Source: a virus
Length of the DNA: 42,349 nucleotides
Virus genome (UHGV): UHGV-1359500
Strand: one strand, 5' to 3'
Shown here: positions 24,784-34,743 of the stretch, piece by piece
Numbering within the stretch: position 1 is the stretch's first letter
Layout: each line of letters starts with the position of its first letter
Made by a program: the position numbers and the translations under genes
The notes under the pieces: model-generated
Told to the model about the DNA's origin: nothing
What the model saw: only the letters and a program-made list of their open reading frames with translations
Databases searched by the model: none

Positions 24784-26451
24784 ATGCGGCGGGGACCAAA
24801 GGTCACGACAGTTATGGTGAAGGGCAATCCGGCAGTGTTGGAGCATAGTGTCAGAGGCAGATTTAAAGGATTGACGGTGTATGGCAAATCCACGCAGGTG
24901 ACGACGACAGGGGCGCAGCTGTTTGAACCCATCAGTAATAAGTTAAACTTAAATGGAATCACGATCACTTTTGACGAAAACGGTGAAAAGATAGTGGTGT
25001 CAGGAACGTCAGAGCGATCACGAAAAATTCAAATCAGTAAGCCAATTCAAATGCAGGCTGGTGAAAAATATGTGTTGACTTTCGATGAAGTCCATTACTT
25101 TGAGAATGTATGGTTGCGAAGTAGTAATGGTGCCAGTTTTGGCTGGTTAGGAAAGAACACAAAAAATTGGGTTATAATAACTGTTCCAGATTCGATTGCC
25201 GAAAGAACTGATTGTGTAATGTATGCTTCTACTTTAGAGGGAAAAGCTTATAATTTCACGATAAATCATCTTATGCTTAATACAGGAAGTACCGCACTCC
25301 CGTGGGAACCGTACACCGGAGGAAAGCCGTCCCCATCACCGGATTACCCGCAGAAGATTCAGAGTGCTGGAGATGATGGTAGCATCGGCATAGAAGTACA
25401 CGGAAAGAATATTTTTGGTGGAAGATATTACTATGCAAACTACGCAAACAGTATATTGATAATTAATGGAAATAAGAAGGAGGAGGAAGTTAAGCTGCCG
25501 TATGCTCCGGAATATGAAAGCTTTGGAGTTTGCAAGACGATAAAATGCAAGAAAGGAAAAACTTATGTTATCTCCGTGACAAATCCGAACAAAAACGCAA
25601 CCATAGGTATGGCCGAATATGAAAACATAAAGAATGCGTCCGCATATACCAAAAATGTTGGATTTGCCAGAATGACAACTAAAACCAAACAACTATACAC
25701 CGCAAAGAGTGATGGAATCCTTGTATGCGGAATTGCGGGCACATGGACTGACGGAAAAACAACTGTGCATGAATGCACAGAATCAGAGCTATTGCAAGTG
25801 GAAGAAGCATCGGAAGCGACATCTTACGAACCATACCACACCCCACAGACACTTACCCTATCCACACAAAACGGTCTACCGGGCGTTCCGGTAAACCGTG
25901 GCGGAAATTACATTGATTCATCTGGTCAACAATGGATATGCGATGAGGTCAATCTGGAGCGGGGCGTGTATGTGCAGAGGATATACACCGTTGATGTTGC
26001 TGAATTAGAATATTCTGCTGAGACAATTTTGCAAACAGTAAAAAGGATTTTTTACAAAATATCGGTGCCATCTACAGGAGTAACCAATAAAGGATATTGT
26101 ACTCGCCTTACTTATTCGCCGAATTACTCAGCTGATAATCCGCATTTTTATATTAATGAGGAACGCATAGTTGTGTTTATACCGCTGGATACAACCATTA
26201 AACCAAAAGAGTATTTAGTCCAATATGTTCTTGCCACTCCCATCGAGACCCCACTATCAGATTCAGACATCGATGCTTATAAAGCTCTTCGTACCTATAA
26301 TGGCACAACCGTGGTTGAAGCTCCGTCTGGAGCTGGGCTGAGCGTATCTTATGGATGTGATCTGTTAGCAGCAGAAAAAGAAGTAAATGACAAATATGCC
26401 GGCTTAATGGCAGAAATGGAGGACTTAAATGAAAACAGCAAGACTGTGTAA
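24784..26451 (+). CDS. Large hypothetical beta-rich protein with a receptor-binding/tail-fibre-like junction motif (PSPSPDYPQKIQSAG...IEVHGKNIF); start uncertain (frame open from 24700)
   Basis: Long ORF. The motif, from memory, resembles the conserved region of Firmicutes phage RBP/tail-fibre proteins. No good RBS at any in-frame start. Confidence 0.55.
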   Translation: MRRGPKVTTVMVKGNPAVLEHSVRGRFKGLTVYGKSTQVTTTGAQLFEPISNKLNLNGITITFDENGEKIVVSGTSERSRKIQISKPIQMQAGEKYVLTFDEVHYFENVWLRSSNGASFGWLGKNTKNWVIITVPDSIAERTDCVMYASTLEGKAYNFTINHLMLNTGSTALPWEPYTGGKPSPSPDYPQKIQSAGDDGSIGIEVHGKNIFGGRYYYANYANSILIINGNKKEEEVKLPYAPEYESFGVCKTIKCKKGKTYVISVTNPNKNATIGMAEYENIKNASAYTKNVGFARMTTKTKQLYTAKSDGILVCGIAGTWTDGKTTVHECTESELLQVEEASEATSYEPYHTPQTLTLSTQNGLPGVPVNRGGNYIDSSGQQWICDEVNLERGVYVQRIYTVDVAELEYSAETILQTVKRIFYKISVPSTGVTNKGYCTRLTYSPNYSADNPHFYINEERIVVFIPLDTTIKPKEYLVQYVLATPIETPLSDSDIDAYKALRTYNGTTVVEAPSGAGLSVSYGCDLLAAEKEVNDKYAGLMAEMEDLNENSKTV

Positions 26452-26638
26452 ACTTTTAATTACGAACAACAGATATGAGTATGATGATATGTATGCGAAG
26501 CTGGATCTTTTTCTCATGCTTGGACGAATCACGGAAGATGAGTATGTGGAGTTGACGGGGATGCTGGTAAAGCCAGAGGAAGACGCAGAAGAAGAGAATG
26601 GAGAAACTATTGACGTGGATTCGACAGAAAAAGTGTGA
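26429..26638 (+). CDS. Small acidic protein (69 aa)
   Basis: ORF overlapping the upstream gene end. Confidence 0.4.
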   Translation: MKTARLCKLLITNNRYEYDDMYAKLDLFLMLGRITEDEYVELTGMLVKPEEDAEEENGETIDVDSTEKV

Positions 26639-26864
26639 GCATCTGTATTGGAAGCATTGGAGCCGGGCTTCCGGTTCTTATGGCGGTTATGTAAGACGGT
26701 GTACCAAATGTAATAAAATCAAGCAGTAAGCACGCAGGTAAAACCTGGGTGTTATTTTTATGCCCTGCCATAAGGCGTAAAACTGGGCGCTACTCTGCCG
26801 GGAGTATAACCGGACGATCCCAATACCCGGAGAGCGGGAATAAAAATCTATGGAGGAAAACGTA

Positions 26865-27470
26865 ATGGAATGGTTAAAAGCAATTTTAGAGAAGGCAGTA
26901 ATCACAGACGGCAGATTGGATGTTGATGCAACCATGAAGACTATTAATGCTGAGTTCCCGAAGCATGCAGTACCAAAGCAGGACTACAATGACAAGGTGA
27001 AAGAGCTGAGCACGGCTAATGATACGATCAAGGACCTGAAGAAAAACAATGCAGATAACGCGGATCTGCAGCAGAAGGTCAAAGCTTATGAAACTGAGGT
27101 GTCAGGTCTTAAAACTGCTGCAGAGAATACCAGGAAGGAATATGCCTTAAAAGACAAGCTGAAAGAGGCTGGTGCTACAGATGTAGATTACATCATCTAC
27201 AAGCATGGCGGTCTGGATAAGTTTGTCTTTGACAAAGACGGGGCTCCCGTTGGTCTGGACGATGTATTAAAGCCTATGAGAGAAGCTTCCCCGCATCTTT
27301 TTAAGAGTGCTGGAGGAGCAGGCGGATATAATCCGGCTGGTGGCAGTAATCCTCCTGGAAACAATCCATTCGCAAAAGAAACTTATAATCTGACGGAGCA
27401 GGGACGCCTGTTCAAGCAGAACCCGGAGCAGGCCAGACAGCTGGCAGCTGCAGCCGGAGTAAAGATCTAA
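26865..27470 (+). CDS. Scaffolding protein (coiled-coil; DUF4355-like)
   Basis: Coiled-coil Lys/Glu-rich protein directly upstream of the capsid gene. ATG 26865 with GGAGGA upstream. Confidence 0.7.
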   Translation: MEWLKAILEKAVITDGRLDVDATMKTINAEFPKHAVPKQDYNDKVKELSTANDTIKDLKKNNADNADLQQKVKAYETEVSGLKTAAENTRKEYALKDKLKEAGATDVDYIIYKHGGLDKFVFDKDGAPVGLDDVLKPMREASPHLFKSAGGAGGYNPAGGSNPPGNNPFAKETYNLTEQGRLFKQNPEQARQLAAAAGVKI

Positions 27471-27488
27471 GAAAGAGAGGAATTTTAA

Positions 27489-28493
27489 ATGGCAGGAACA
27501 ACTTTACAGGACGTAATCGTCCCGGAACTTTTTAACCCATATGTGATCAATCGCACAATGGAGTTATCCGCACTTGTACAGAGCGGAATTATCGTAAACA
27601 ATACTGAATTTGATGCCCTGGCTTCCCAGGCTTCTCCAATGGTCAATATGCCATTCTTTGAAGACCTGACCGGAGAGTCTGAGCAGGTCATTGAGGGAAC
27701 AGATCTTAATGACAACAAGATCACATCCAATAAGGACGTAGCAGTGATCATTCGTCGTGCTAAGATGTGGTCTGCAACCGATCTGTCTGCAGCACTGGCA
27801 GGAACCGATCCAATGATGGCGATTGCATCCCTGGTTGCCAGATTTTGGGAACGTGATATGCAGAAAGAACTAATCGCTATCCTTAAAGGTGTATTTGGTA
27901 CTGTACCGGCAGGAAGCAGCGGTGATCCGGCAGCTGAGACAAGACTGGAGACCAACATTCTGGATATTTCCGGATTAAGTGGAGCAAAAGCTAACTGGTC
28001 TGGTTCCGCTTTCATTGATGCAGAACAGAAACTGGGAGATGCGAAAGCACAGTTAACTGGTGTCTGCATGCACTCTGCGACAGAAGCATATCTGAAAAAA
28101 CAGAACCTGATTGAAACGGTACAGCCGTCTAATGATGTTGCATTCGGTCTTTATCAGGGCAAGCGCGTTATCGTAGATGATGGCTGTCCGGTAGCAGATG
28201 GTGTTTACACTACCTACCTTTTTGGTAACGGTGCCGTGGCTCTCGGCAATGGTAATCCGGCTGGTTTCGTACCAACTGAGACGGATCGCGCAAAGCGTAA
28301 GGGTTCCGGTGTTGATTATCTGATCAACCGTAAGACCATGATTCTTCATCCAAGAGGCATTGCATGGCAGAATGCTGAGGTAGCAAAGACTGAGGGACCG
28401 TCCAGAACTGAAGTGGCAATCCCAAAGAACTGGAAGCCAGTTTATGAGCCAAAGCAGATCCGTATCGTGGCATTCAAACACAAGCTGGGATAG
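27489..28493 (+). CDS. Major capsid protein
   Basis: 334-aa ORF following the scaffold; composition and size typical. Confidence 0.75.
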   Translation: MAGTTLQDVIVPELFNPYVINRTMELSALVQSGIIVNNTEFDALASQASPMVNMPFFEDLTGESEQVIEGTDLNDNKITSNKDVAVIIRRAKMWSATDLSAALAGTDPMMAIASLVARFWERDMQKELIAILKGVFGTVPAGSSGDPAAETRLETNILDISGLSGAKANWSGSAFIDAEQKLGDAKAQLTGVCMHSATEAYLKKQNLIETVQPSNDVAFGLYQGKRVIVDDGCPVADGVYTTYLFGNGAVALGNGNPAGFVPTETDRAKRKGSGVDYLINRKTMILHPRGIAWQNAEVAKTEGPSRTEVAIPKNWKPVYEPKQIRIVAFKHKLG

Positions 28494-28501
28494 GAGAAGC
28501 C

Positions 28502-28855
28502 ATGACAAAATCGGAGATGTTGATTGCGGTAAAAAACAATCTGAAACTGCAGGATGACACACGGGATCTTGACATCTCCGATGTCATCTTCAGTATTTGT
28601 GACTATTGCAATTTGAACCCAGACTGCCTTCCTGAATTGCTGGAACCAATTATCCGGAAAAAAGTCAAAGGGATCATTGATTATGAGGCAGTCAGAGGAA
28701 CCGGATACCAGCAGGATATATCAGCCATCAAAGAAGGCGATGGAAGTATTACCTATGCCACAGGCGGCAGTAACAGCCGGGATGGTATTTATGGTCTGAC
28801 TGATGCGGATAAAAGCAGTTTGCGCCGGTTTAGGAGGTTGAGAGGTTATGATTAA
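28502..28855 (+). CDS. Head-tail connector / gp6-like DNA-packaging protein
   Basis: N-terminal pattern MTKSEMLIAVKNNLKLQDDTRDLDISD. Confidence 0.6.
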   Translation: MTKSEMLIAVKNNLKLQDDTRDLDISDVIFSICDYCNLNPDCLPELLEPIIRKKVKGIIDYEAVRGTGYQQDISAIKEGDGSITYATGGSNSRDGIYGLTDADKSSLRRFRRLRGYD

Positions 28856-29186
28856 TCCATATGCTGTAATGTATGATGCGACCATGGATGTTTACCGGTA
28901 CCAGGATGCGACTGATACAGAGGGATTTAATTCTTCTGAAGAAAAATGCGTTGCATCTGGCATAAAATGCCGATATAGCATTTCCGGGCAGAGCCTTGCT
29001 GGAAGCCCGGTACCATCCCTGCAGGCGAGTAACCAGCTTTTCTGCGGACTGGAAACAGATATCCTGGAAGGTGACAAAGCTGTTGTTACGTTGAGAAATG
29101 GACAGCGGATAAAACTTCGAGTCGGAGAAGTACATCCTTACAGTTTTCAATATCAGTGCCGCGTGGAAAGGGATGAGAAAGCGTGA
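28848..29186 (+). CDS. Head closure / head-tail joining protein
   Basis: Synteny and size. Confidence 0.5.
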   Translation: MINPYAVMYDATMDVYRYQDATDTEGFNSSEEKCVASGIKCRYSISGQSLAGSPVPSLQASNQLFCGLETDILEGDKAVVTLRNGQRIKLRVGEVHPYSFQYQCRVERDEKA

Positions 29187-29605
29187 ACAGTTCAAATTAT
29201 CGGAGAAATAAAGCAGCCATAGATGCATTTCACAGGGAATTGTCGGCAGAGATGGGAGATCTCTCAGAAATTGATATCAAGCTTTTAAATCAGGCAGTGA
29301 ATGAAGGGGTGCGACATATCAAACAGAACACTCCAGTACAAACTGGACATTTGAGAAAGTCCTGGAGGTCAACTCCTGCAGTGAAAGGTCCTTCTGGGGT
29401 CAAAAAAGTTCTAGTTAATACAGCAAACTATTCTGAGTTTGTAAATTACGGACATAGAATTGTAAGCCGATCAGGAAAGACTACAGGATTTGTCAAAGGA
29501 AACTATATGCTCGAAAAAGGTGTTTCCTATATCGATAAACGTCTGACGGATCTGTTTGAAGCGGAAGTACTGAGGATCAGAAAGGAGCACGAGAGTGGGG
29601 ATTGA
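29183..29605 (+). CDS. HK97 gp10-family protein
   Basis: NTPVQTGHLRKSW motif. Confidence 0.6.
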   Translation: MNSSNYRRNKAAIDAFHRELSAEMGDLSEIDIKLLNQAVNEGVRHIKQNTPVQTGHLRKSWRSTPAVKGPSGVKKVLVNTANYSEFVNYGHRIVSRSGKTTGFVKGNYMLEKGVSYIDKRLTDLFEAEVLRIRKEHESGD

Positions 29606-30026
29606 TATTTTATACAAAGCGATTGCGGCAGAGTGCCGGTCCGTTGTTCCGGAACTTAAAAAGATCTGCAGGGATAACATACCTCAAAATGCGAATGCAC
29701 CGTTTATTTTGGTGCTCATTACTGATACGGATGAGAGACGGTGCCTTGCAAACCGGCAGCGTGTGAAACAGAGCTTTGATGTGCAATATTTTCCGGGTGG
29801 AGAAATCCAAAATTACAGAAAAGAATGTGAAAAAGTGAAACAGGAGATGCTTCGGGGCTTCGATGTGATCAGTGCCGATGGCATCTCTTTTTATGTGAAA
29901 GAGAAAAATGCAAATGTAACGGATGATGTTCTTCATTTTCTGTTCAGTGTTTCCTACGTTGAGTACAGGGAGCCTGTATGGTTGAAGATGGAAGAACTCG
30001 ACAAAAATATTGAAATGGAGGAATAA
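29595..30026 (+). CDS. Tail completion/terminator-like protein
   Basis: Synteny, upstream of the sheath gene. Confidence 0.45.
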   Translation: MGIDILYKAIAAECRSVVPELKKICRDNIPQNANAPFILVLITDTDERRCLANRQRVKQSFDVQYFPGGEIQNYRKECEKVKQEMLRGFDVISADGISFYVKEKNANVTDDVLHFLFSVSYVEYREPVWLKMEELDKNIEMEE

Positions 30027-30029
30027 GCA

Positions 30030-31079
30030 ATGGCAGGTATATGGGAAAGTCAGAACAAGGTAATTCCTGGAGCGTATATCAATATTCTGACGAATACACC
30101 GTTGAGTATTACCGCAGGAGATCGTGGAACAGTAGTGCTTGCGCAGGAATTATCTGTTGGTACTGATAATGAGATTTATGAGATCACAGTTAACAATGCA
30201 GCGTATCCGGATAACGCAACAGCAGCAGATAAAAAACTGGCTGGTCTTGCACTTCTGGGGGCAAAGACAGTGTTGCTGTATAAGCTTCCAGCTTCTCATA
30301 CGGATGAGCATGTAGAAGCAATGCTGACTGCGTTGAAAACAGTAGATTTTGATGTGCTGGTATATCCATATGCGAAGTCTGGCACTGGTTCATCAACTGC
30401 TCAGCAGACAATCGCAACATGGATTAAATCCATACAGGATGATGAAGGAAAGAATGTGACAGTGGTGCTGCCGAACTACACTGCAGATTCGGAATATGTT
30501 ATTAACAGTGTGCAGGGTGTTACACTTTCGGATGGTTCTAACCTGACTGCTTATGAAACTGCGGCGTGGATTGGTGGCATTACGGCCGGTGCCAGCGTCA
30601 CGAAATCCAATACGGGGCAGAAGTTTGTTGGTGCAATTGATGTAAGTCCGCGAATGACCAGATCGGAGCAGGAGACGGCGATCAAAGCTGGGAAATTCCT
30701 GCTGGATGTAGATCGCAGTCAGAATGTTACTGTAGTAGCAGATATCAATTCATTGACTACAACCAATCAGACAAAGAGCGATATTTTAAAACAGAACCGC
30801 TCCGTCCGGACTGCATGTGGTATTCGCAGTGACATACAGTCTGTTTGGGATGCCAATATCAAAGGCAAGTACAACAACAATGTAGATGGCCGGTCAATCT
30901 TTAAAGGAATGCTGGTTGAATATTTTACAGATCTTGAACGTCGTGGCGCTATCCAGAATTTTGACTCTGATGATGTGACGGTTGAAGCCGGTACAGCAAT
31001 CAATGCAGTCCTGGTTAACTGTGGAGTCCAGCTGGTAGGCAGCATGGAACTGGCCTATATCAATGTAAATCTGAGCTAA
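30030..31079 (+). CDS. Tail sheath protein (XkdK-like)
   Basis: Position before the tube protein; beta-rich 349-aa protein. Confidence 0.7.
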   Translation: MAGIWESQNKVIPGAYINILTNTPLSITAGDRGTVVLAQELSVGTDNEIYEITVNNAAYPDNATAADKKLAGLALLGAKTVLLYKLPASHTDEHVEAMLTALKTVDFDVLVYPYAKSGTGSSTAQQTIATWIKSIQDDEGKNVTVVLPNYTADSEYVINSVQGVTLSDGSNLTAYETAAWIGGITAGASVTKSNTGQKFVGAIDVSPRMTRSEQETAIKAGKFLLDVDRSQNVTVVADINSLTTTNQTKSDILKQNRSVRTACGIRSDIQSVWDANIKGKYNNNVDGRSIFKGMLVEYFTDLERRGAIQNFDSDDVTVEAGTAINAVLVNCGVQLVGSMELAYINVNLS

Positions 31080-31092
31080 GGAGGGAAATGCG

Positions 31093-31566
31093 ATGACAAA
31101 TTATACGAAACTTGATGATACACTTAGTGGTTCTGAAGGAAAGGGATTTATTACCCGTGGTGGACAGAACCGTGAAATGTTTGAGATTTCAAAAATCGAT
31201 GCACATGTCACTCTGTCTGTTACAGAGAAAAAACTTCTTGGCCACCGCATGAAGCAGCATAAAGTTACTGGAGCAACGGGTGAGGGATCCGGAACTTTTT
31301 ATTTCATGAATTCAGATGCATTGAAAGAATTCATCAGTTATAAGAAAAATGGTATTTATCCGGCATCTACCTTGCAGTTTACAAATGAGGATCCACAGTC
31401 TACTGTTGGCAGGCAAACGGTAACTTTATTCCATGTAATTTTAAAGACGATACCAGTCGCGTACTTGGAAGATGACAGTGAAGATCCAATTACTTTTGAT
31501 TCCGATTTTACCTTTGATGATTGTGATTGCCTGGAGGCATTTCAGCTTCCGGAAAATATGAGATAG
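31093..31566 (+). CDS. Tail tube protein (XkdM-like)
   Basis: ~157 aa, between sheath and chaperone. Confidence 0.7.
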   Translation: MTNYTKLDDTLSGSEGKGFITRGGQNREMFEISKIDAHVTLSVTEKKLLGHRMKQHKVTGATGEGSGTFYFMNSDALKEFISYKKNGIYPASTLQFTNEDPQSTVGRQTVTLFHVILKTIPVAYLEDDSEDPITFDSDFTFDDCDCLEAFQLPENMR

Positions 31567-31580
31567 GAGAAAGAATAGTT

Positions 31581-31997
31581 ATGGATGAAGTAAGAGATTT
31601 ATATGGTTTTTTACATCCGGAAGTTACTCCGGAAAAAGAAGTTTTTGTTTCTGATCGATTTAAGGAAAAAGATGGTAAGCCGATGCCATTTGTGATCCGC
31701 CCTCTGGAACAGGAGATTTGCGATAAGGTCCAGAGAACCTGTGTCAAGAGTGATAAAAAGGGCAATAGTGAATTTGATCGCTTTAAGTATGTGGATGAAA
31801 TCACGGCAGCTGCTATAGTTTTTCCAGATCTGAAGAACGTTGATCTGCAGAAAGCTTATGGAGTCCTGGGCGAGGTAAAGCTCCTGAAAAAGATGCTTTA
31901 TACCAATGAATATAATGCCCTGGTAGAAGCGGTTCAGGACTTGTCTGGTATGGATGATGATTTTAATGACCTGAAAGACGATGTAAAAAACGAATAA
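31581..31997 (+). CDS. Tail assembly chaperone (XkdN-like), 0-frame product
   Basis: Acidic ~138-aa protein upstream of the TMP. Slippery site at its 3' end. Confidence 0.7.
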   Translation: MDEVRDLYGFLHPEVTPEKEVFVSDRFKEKDGKPMPFVIRPLEQEICDKVQRTCVKSDKKGNSEFDRFKYVDEITAAAIVFPDLKNVDLQKAYGVLGEVKLLKKMLYTNEYNALVEAVQDLSGMDDDFNDLKDDVKNE

Positions 31998-32161
31998 AGC
32001 AAAGTGATCCGGAGTTTATCTTGGCGCACTTTGCGCTTCAGAAGTTACATATTCTCCCGAGAGAATTGGCTAACATGGATCCTCGGGAGAAAGCTTTTAT
32101 TGCTGCTAGTTGTGAACTGCGAGTAGAAGCTGAAAAGCGTGCTGCGAAAGGGGTGAAATAG
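31985..32161 (+). CDS. -1 frame extension of the tail assembly chaperone (programmed frameshift at A_AAA_AAC, 31985-31991); -1 frame open to 32161, abutting the TMP start
   Basis: Slippery heptamer in the correct phase. The -1 frame is open for 57 codons and ends 1 nt before the TMP ATG. Confidence 0.6.
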   Translation, partial: KKRIKQSDPEFILAHFALQKLHILPRELANMDPREKAFIAASCELRVEAEKRAAKGVK

Positions 32162-34063
32162 ATGGCTAGATTGAGAGCAACGATTGAACTTGCTACAAGC
32201 GGTTTCATATCTGGAATTAATAGGGTGTTGGGAGCTTCAGATCGGGCAGCTAAGTCTATAGAGAATGTCAGTACATCAGCTGATAAGGTAGAAACCAGCC
32301 TGGATAAAGCTGGGAAGAGTGGCAAGAAAGCTAAGGAAGGTTTCGAAAGTGCCGGTGAAGGCGCTGAAAAGGCCAGAAAAAAGGTTAAGGGCTTGGGAGA
32401 TGAAGTTGATAAAACAAAGACCAAGGCTGAGAAAGTAGCGGGAGTTCTTGGCAAGCTTTTTGCTATAAAAACAGCTATGGATGTAGGTGGAAAGCTATTA
32501 AATGCATCTGATAGTTACCTAAATGCAAATACCCGTCTGGGTTTGATTAATAAGGATGATGCCGGTAATATAATCAATCCCAATTTGCAGAATGATGTAT
32601 ATGCTTCAGCACAGCGCTCCAGGGCATCTTACGAGAGCACAGCGAATGGCGTTGCGAGTCTTGGGCTTAACGCGGCAAATGCCTTCAAAGATCAGAATGA
32701 ATTGATTGGGTTTGTTGAGTCCATCAATAAACAGTTTGCAATCGGTGGAACGGAAGCAAGTGCAGCTGCTGGAGCTATGACTCAGTTGACACAGGCCATG
32801 GGATCTGGAGCACTCCGTGGAGATGAACTGAATTCTGTCCTGGAGGCGGCACCGAGCATTGCCCGAAATATCGAGAAATATATGGGCTGGGCGGAAGGTT
32901 CCATCAAGTCGTATGCGGAAAAAGGTGCTTTATCGGCGGAAATCGTGAAGAATGCTCAGTTGGCGGCAATGAACGAAATTGACAGACAATTTAACTCTAT
33001 GCCATTAACCTGGTCACAACTATGGACACAGTCCATGAATGCAATTCAAAAGGCATCCGCGCCGTTACTGATGGCTTTAAACTGGATAGCCAATAACATG
33101 GATATCATCGGTCCGATCCTGTTGGGAATAGCAGCGGGATTGGCAGTATATGCAGCGTTTACTTACGGGGCTGCAGCGGCACAATGGGTGTTGAATGCGG
33201 CAACGGGGGTATGGAACGCTTTGTGCGCGATGAACCCAGCGGGGCTGATGGCAATTGGCTTTATTGTTTTGATAGCCATGCTGTATGCAGGAGTTGCAGC
33301 ATTCAACAAGCTGACAGGAGCGTCTGTAAGTGCAACCGGCATTATAGGTGCTGCATTTTATATTTTGGGAGCTTATATCTATAACTCATTCATTTATCCG
33401 TTATGGAATGGTTTTGCTATGCTTGCTAATTTTATCGGAAATGTTTTTCGGAGCCCAGTAGCAGCAGTTAAAGTGTTGTTTTTGGATATGGCTAATACCT
33501 GTATCAGTTATGTACTGAACATGGCCAGGGCTATTGAAAACATTATTAATAAAATACCAGGCGCTGCCGTGAATATTACTTCCGGATTAGACGGATTGAA
33601 AAATAAGATTGAATCAAAGACAAAAGCAATCAAAGATGAAAGTGGATGGAAAGAGTATGTGAAGCAGCCGGAGATAATGGATTATACTGCCACTGCGAGT
33701 AAAGGTTACGCTAAGGGTTCTGCGTTGGCTGGAAAGGTTTCTAATCTAATTAGTGGCGGTGGAATTGGTGGTATGGATTTCGGCAATATCCCTGCAGGAA
33801 CAGCCGGTAATCCAGCTACAGTAAAAGGTACAGGAAAGAATGGCAGCATGAATGTGAAACTGGAAGATGAGGATATTGATTATCTTCGTGAACTGGCTGA
33901 ACGTGATTATGTTGCCCGTATCGCGCAGAATACTCTGGCGCCTAACATCCAGGTTACTTTTACGGGAGATATCAAACAGGAAGTGGATTATGAAAAGATC
34001 GGCCCAGTGATCGCAGATATCCTGCAGGATGAAATTGATACAGCACCGGAGGGATTATACTAA
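32162..34063 (+). CDS. Tail tape measure protein
   Basis: Conserved TMP N-terminal domain (TQLTQAMGSGALRGDELNSVLEAAP). Gly/Ala-rich TM-like segments. Confidence 0.85.
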   Translation: MARLRATIELATSGFISGINRVLGASDRAAKSIENVSTSADKVETSLDKAGKSGKKAKEGFESAGEGAEKARKKVKGLGDEVDKTKTKAEKVAGVLGKLFAIKTAMDVGGKLLNASDSYLNANTRLGLINKDDAGNIINPNLQNDVYASAQRSRASYESTANGVASLGLNAANAFKDQNELIGFVESINKQFAIGGTEASAAAGAMTQLTQAMGSGALRGDELNSVLEAAPSIARNIEKYMGWAEGSIKSYAEKGALSAEIVKNAQLAAMNEIDRQFNSMPLTWSQLWTQSMNAIQKASAPLLMALNWIANNMDIIGPILLGIAAGLAVYAAFTYGAAAAQWVLNAATGVWNALCAMNPAGLMAIGFIVLIAMLYAGVAAFNKLTGASVSATGIIGAAFYILGAYIYNSFIYPLWNGFAMLANFIGNVFRSPVAAVKVLFLDMANTCISYVLNMARAIENIINKIPGAAVNITSGLDGLKNKIESKTKAIKDESGWKEYVKQPEIMDYTATASKGYAKGSALAGKVSNLISGGGIGGMDFGNIPAGTAGNPATVKGTGKNGSMNVKLEDEDIDYLRELAERDYVARIAQNTLAPNIQVTFTGDIKQEVDYEKIGPVIADILQDEIDTAPEGLY

Positions 34064-34731
34064 TGAGCTATGGCGTTTATTTTAAATATGATGGAGAACG
34101 TTATAAACTTCCGGTCAATCCGGAAGAGATAAAAAAGACACAGAAGCTGAATATTGAAAAATACCAGGTTCTTGGTTCTGGTGCGGTCAGTATTCCTACC
34201 TATGCAGATCTGTGGGAATACAGCTTTGAATGTGAATTGCCACATACAGAAGTCCATTACATGGAACCGGGCAGTTTTGCAGATCCAGACAGTTATATTC
34301 AGCTGTTGACCGATGCGCAAAAAAATAAAAGTCCCATTCGTCTGATCTACTCTAATGGGGAGACCGACGATGAATCCGTTAAGGTCCTGGTAGAAACCTG
34401 CAGTATTGTTGAGAAAGGGGGAGAGGAAGGAGATAAATACCTTTCTCTCTCTTTTATGCAGTATAAGGCACCTGGTAAAAAATATATGGCTGTACAGACA
34501 CCGACAGATACTGTAATGAAAGAACAGACACCACAGGAAACGCAGCCATCTAACCCGGCAGTGACACAGGGAAAGACTTATACAGTGAAATCAGGAGACT
34601 CCTTATGGAAGATCGCAAAGCAGTTTTATGGAAATGGTGCAGCTTACACTAAGATTGCAAGTGCAAATTCGGATAAGATCAAAAATCCAAATCTGATCTA
34701 TCCCGGACAGATCTTTAACATACCGGAATAA
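34063..34731 (+). CDS. XkdP-like tail protein with C-terminal LysM domain
   Basis: YTVKSGDSLWKIAKQFYGNG...IYPGQIFNIP. Confidence 0.8.
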   Translation: MSYGVYFKYDGERYKLPVNPEEIKKTQKLNIEKYQVLGSGAVSIPTYADLWEYSFECELPHTEVHYMEPGSFADPDSYIQLLTDAQKNKSPIRLIYSNGETDDESVKVLVETCSIVEKGGEEGDKYLSLSFMQYKAPGKKYMAVQTPTDTVMKEQTPQETQPSNPAVTQGKTYTVKSGDSLWKIAKQFYGNGAAYTKIASANSDKIKNPNLIYPGQIFNIPE

Positions 34732-34743
34732 GGAGATGATGCC

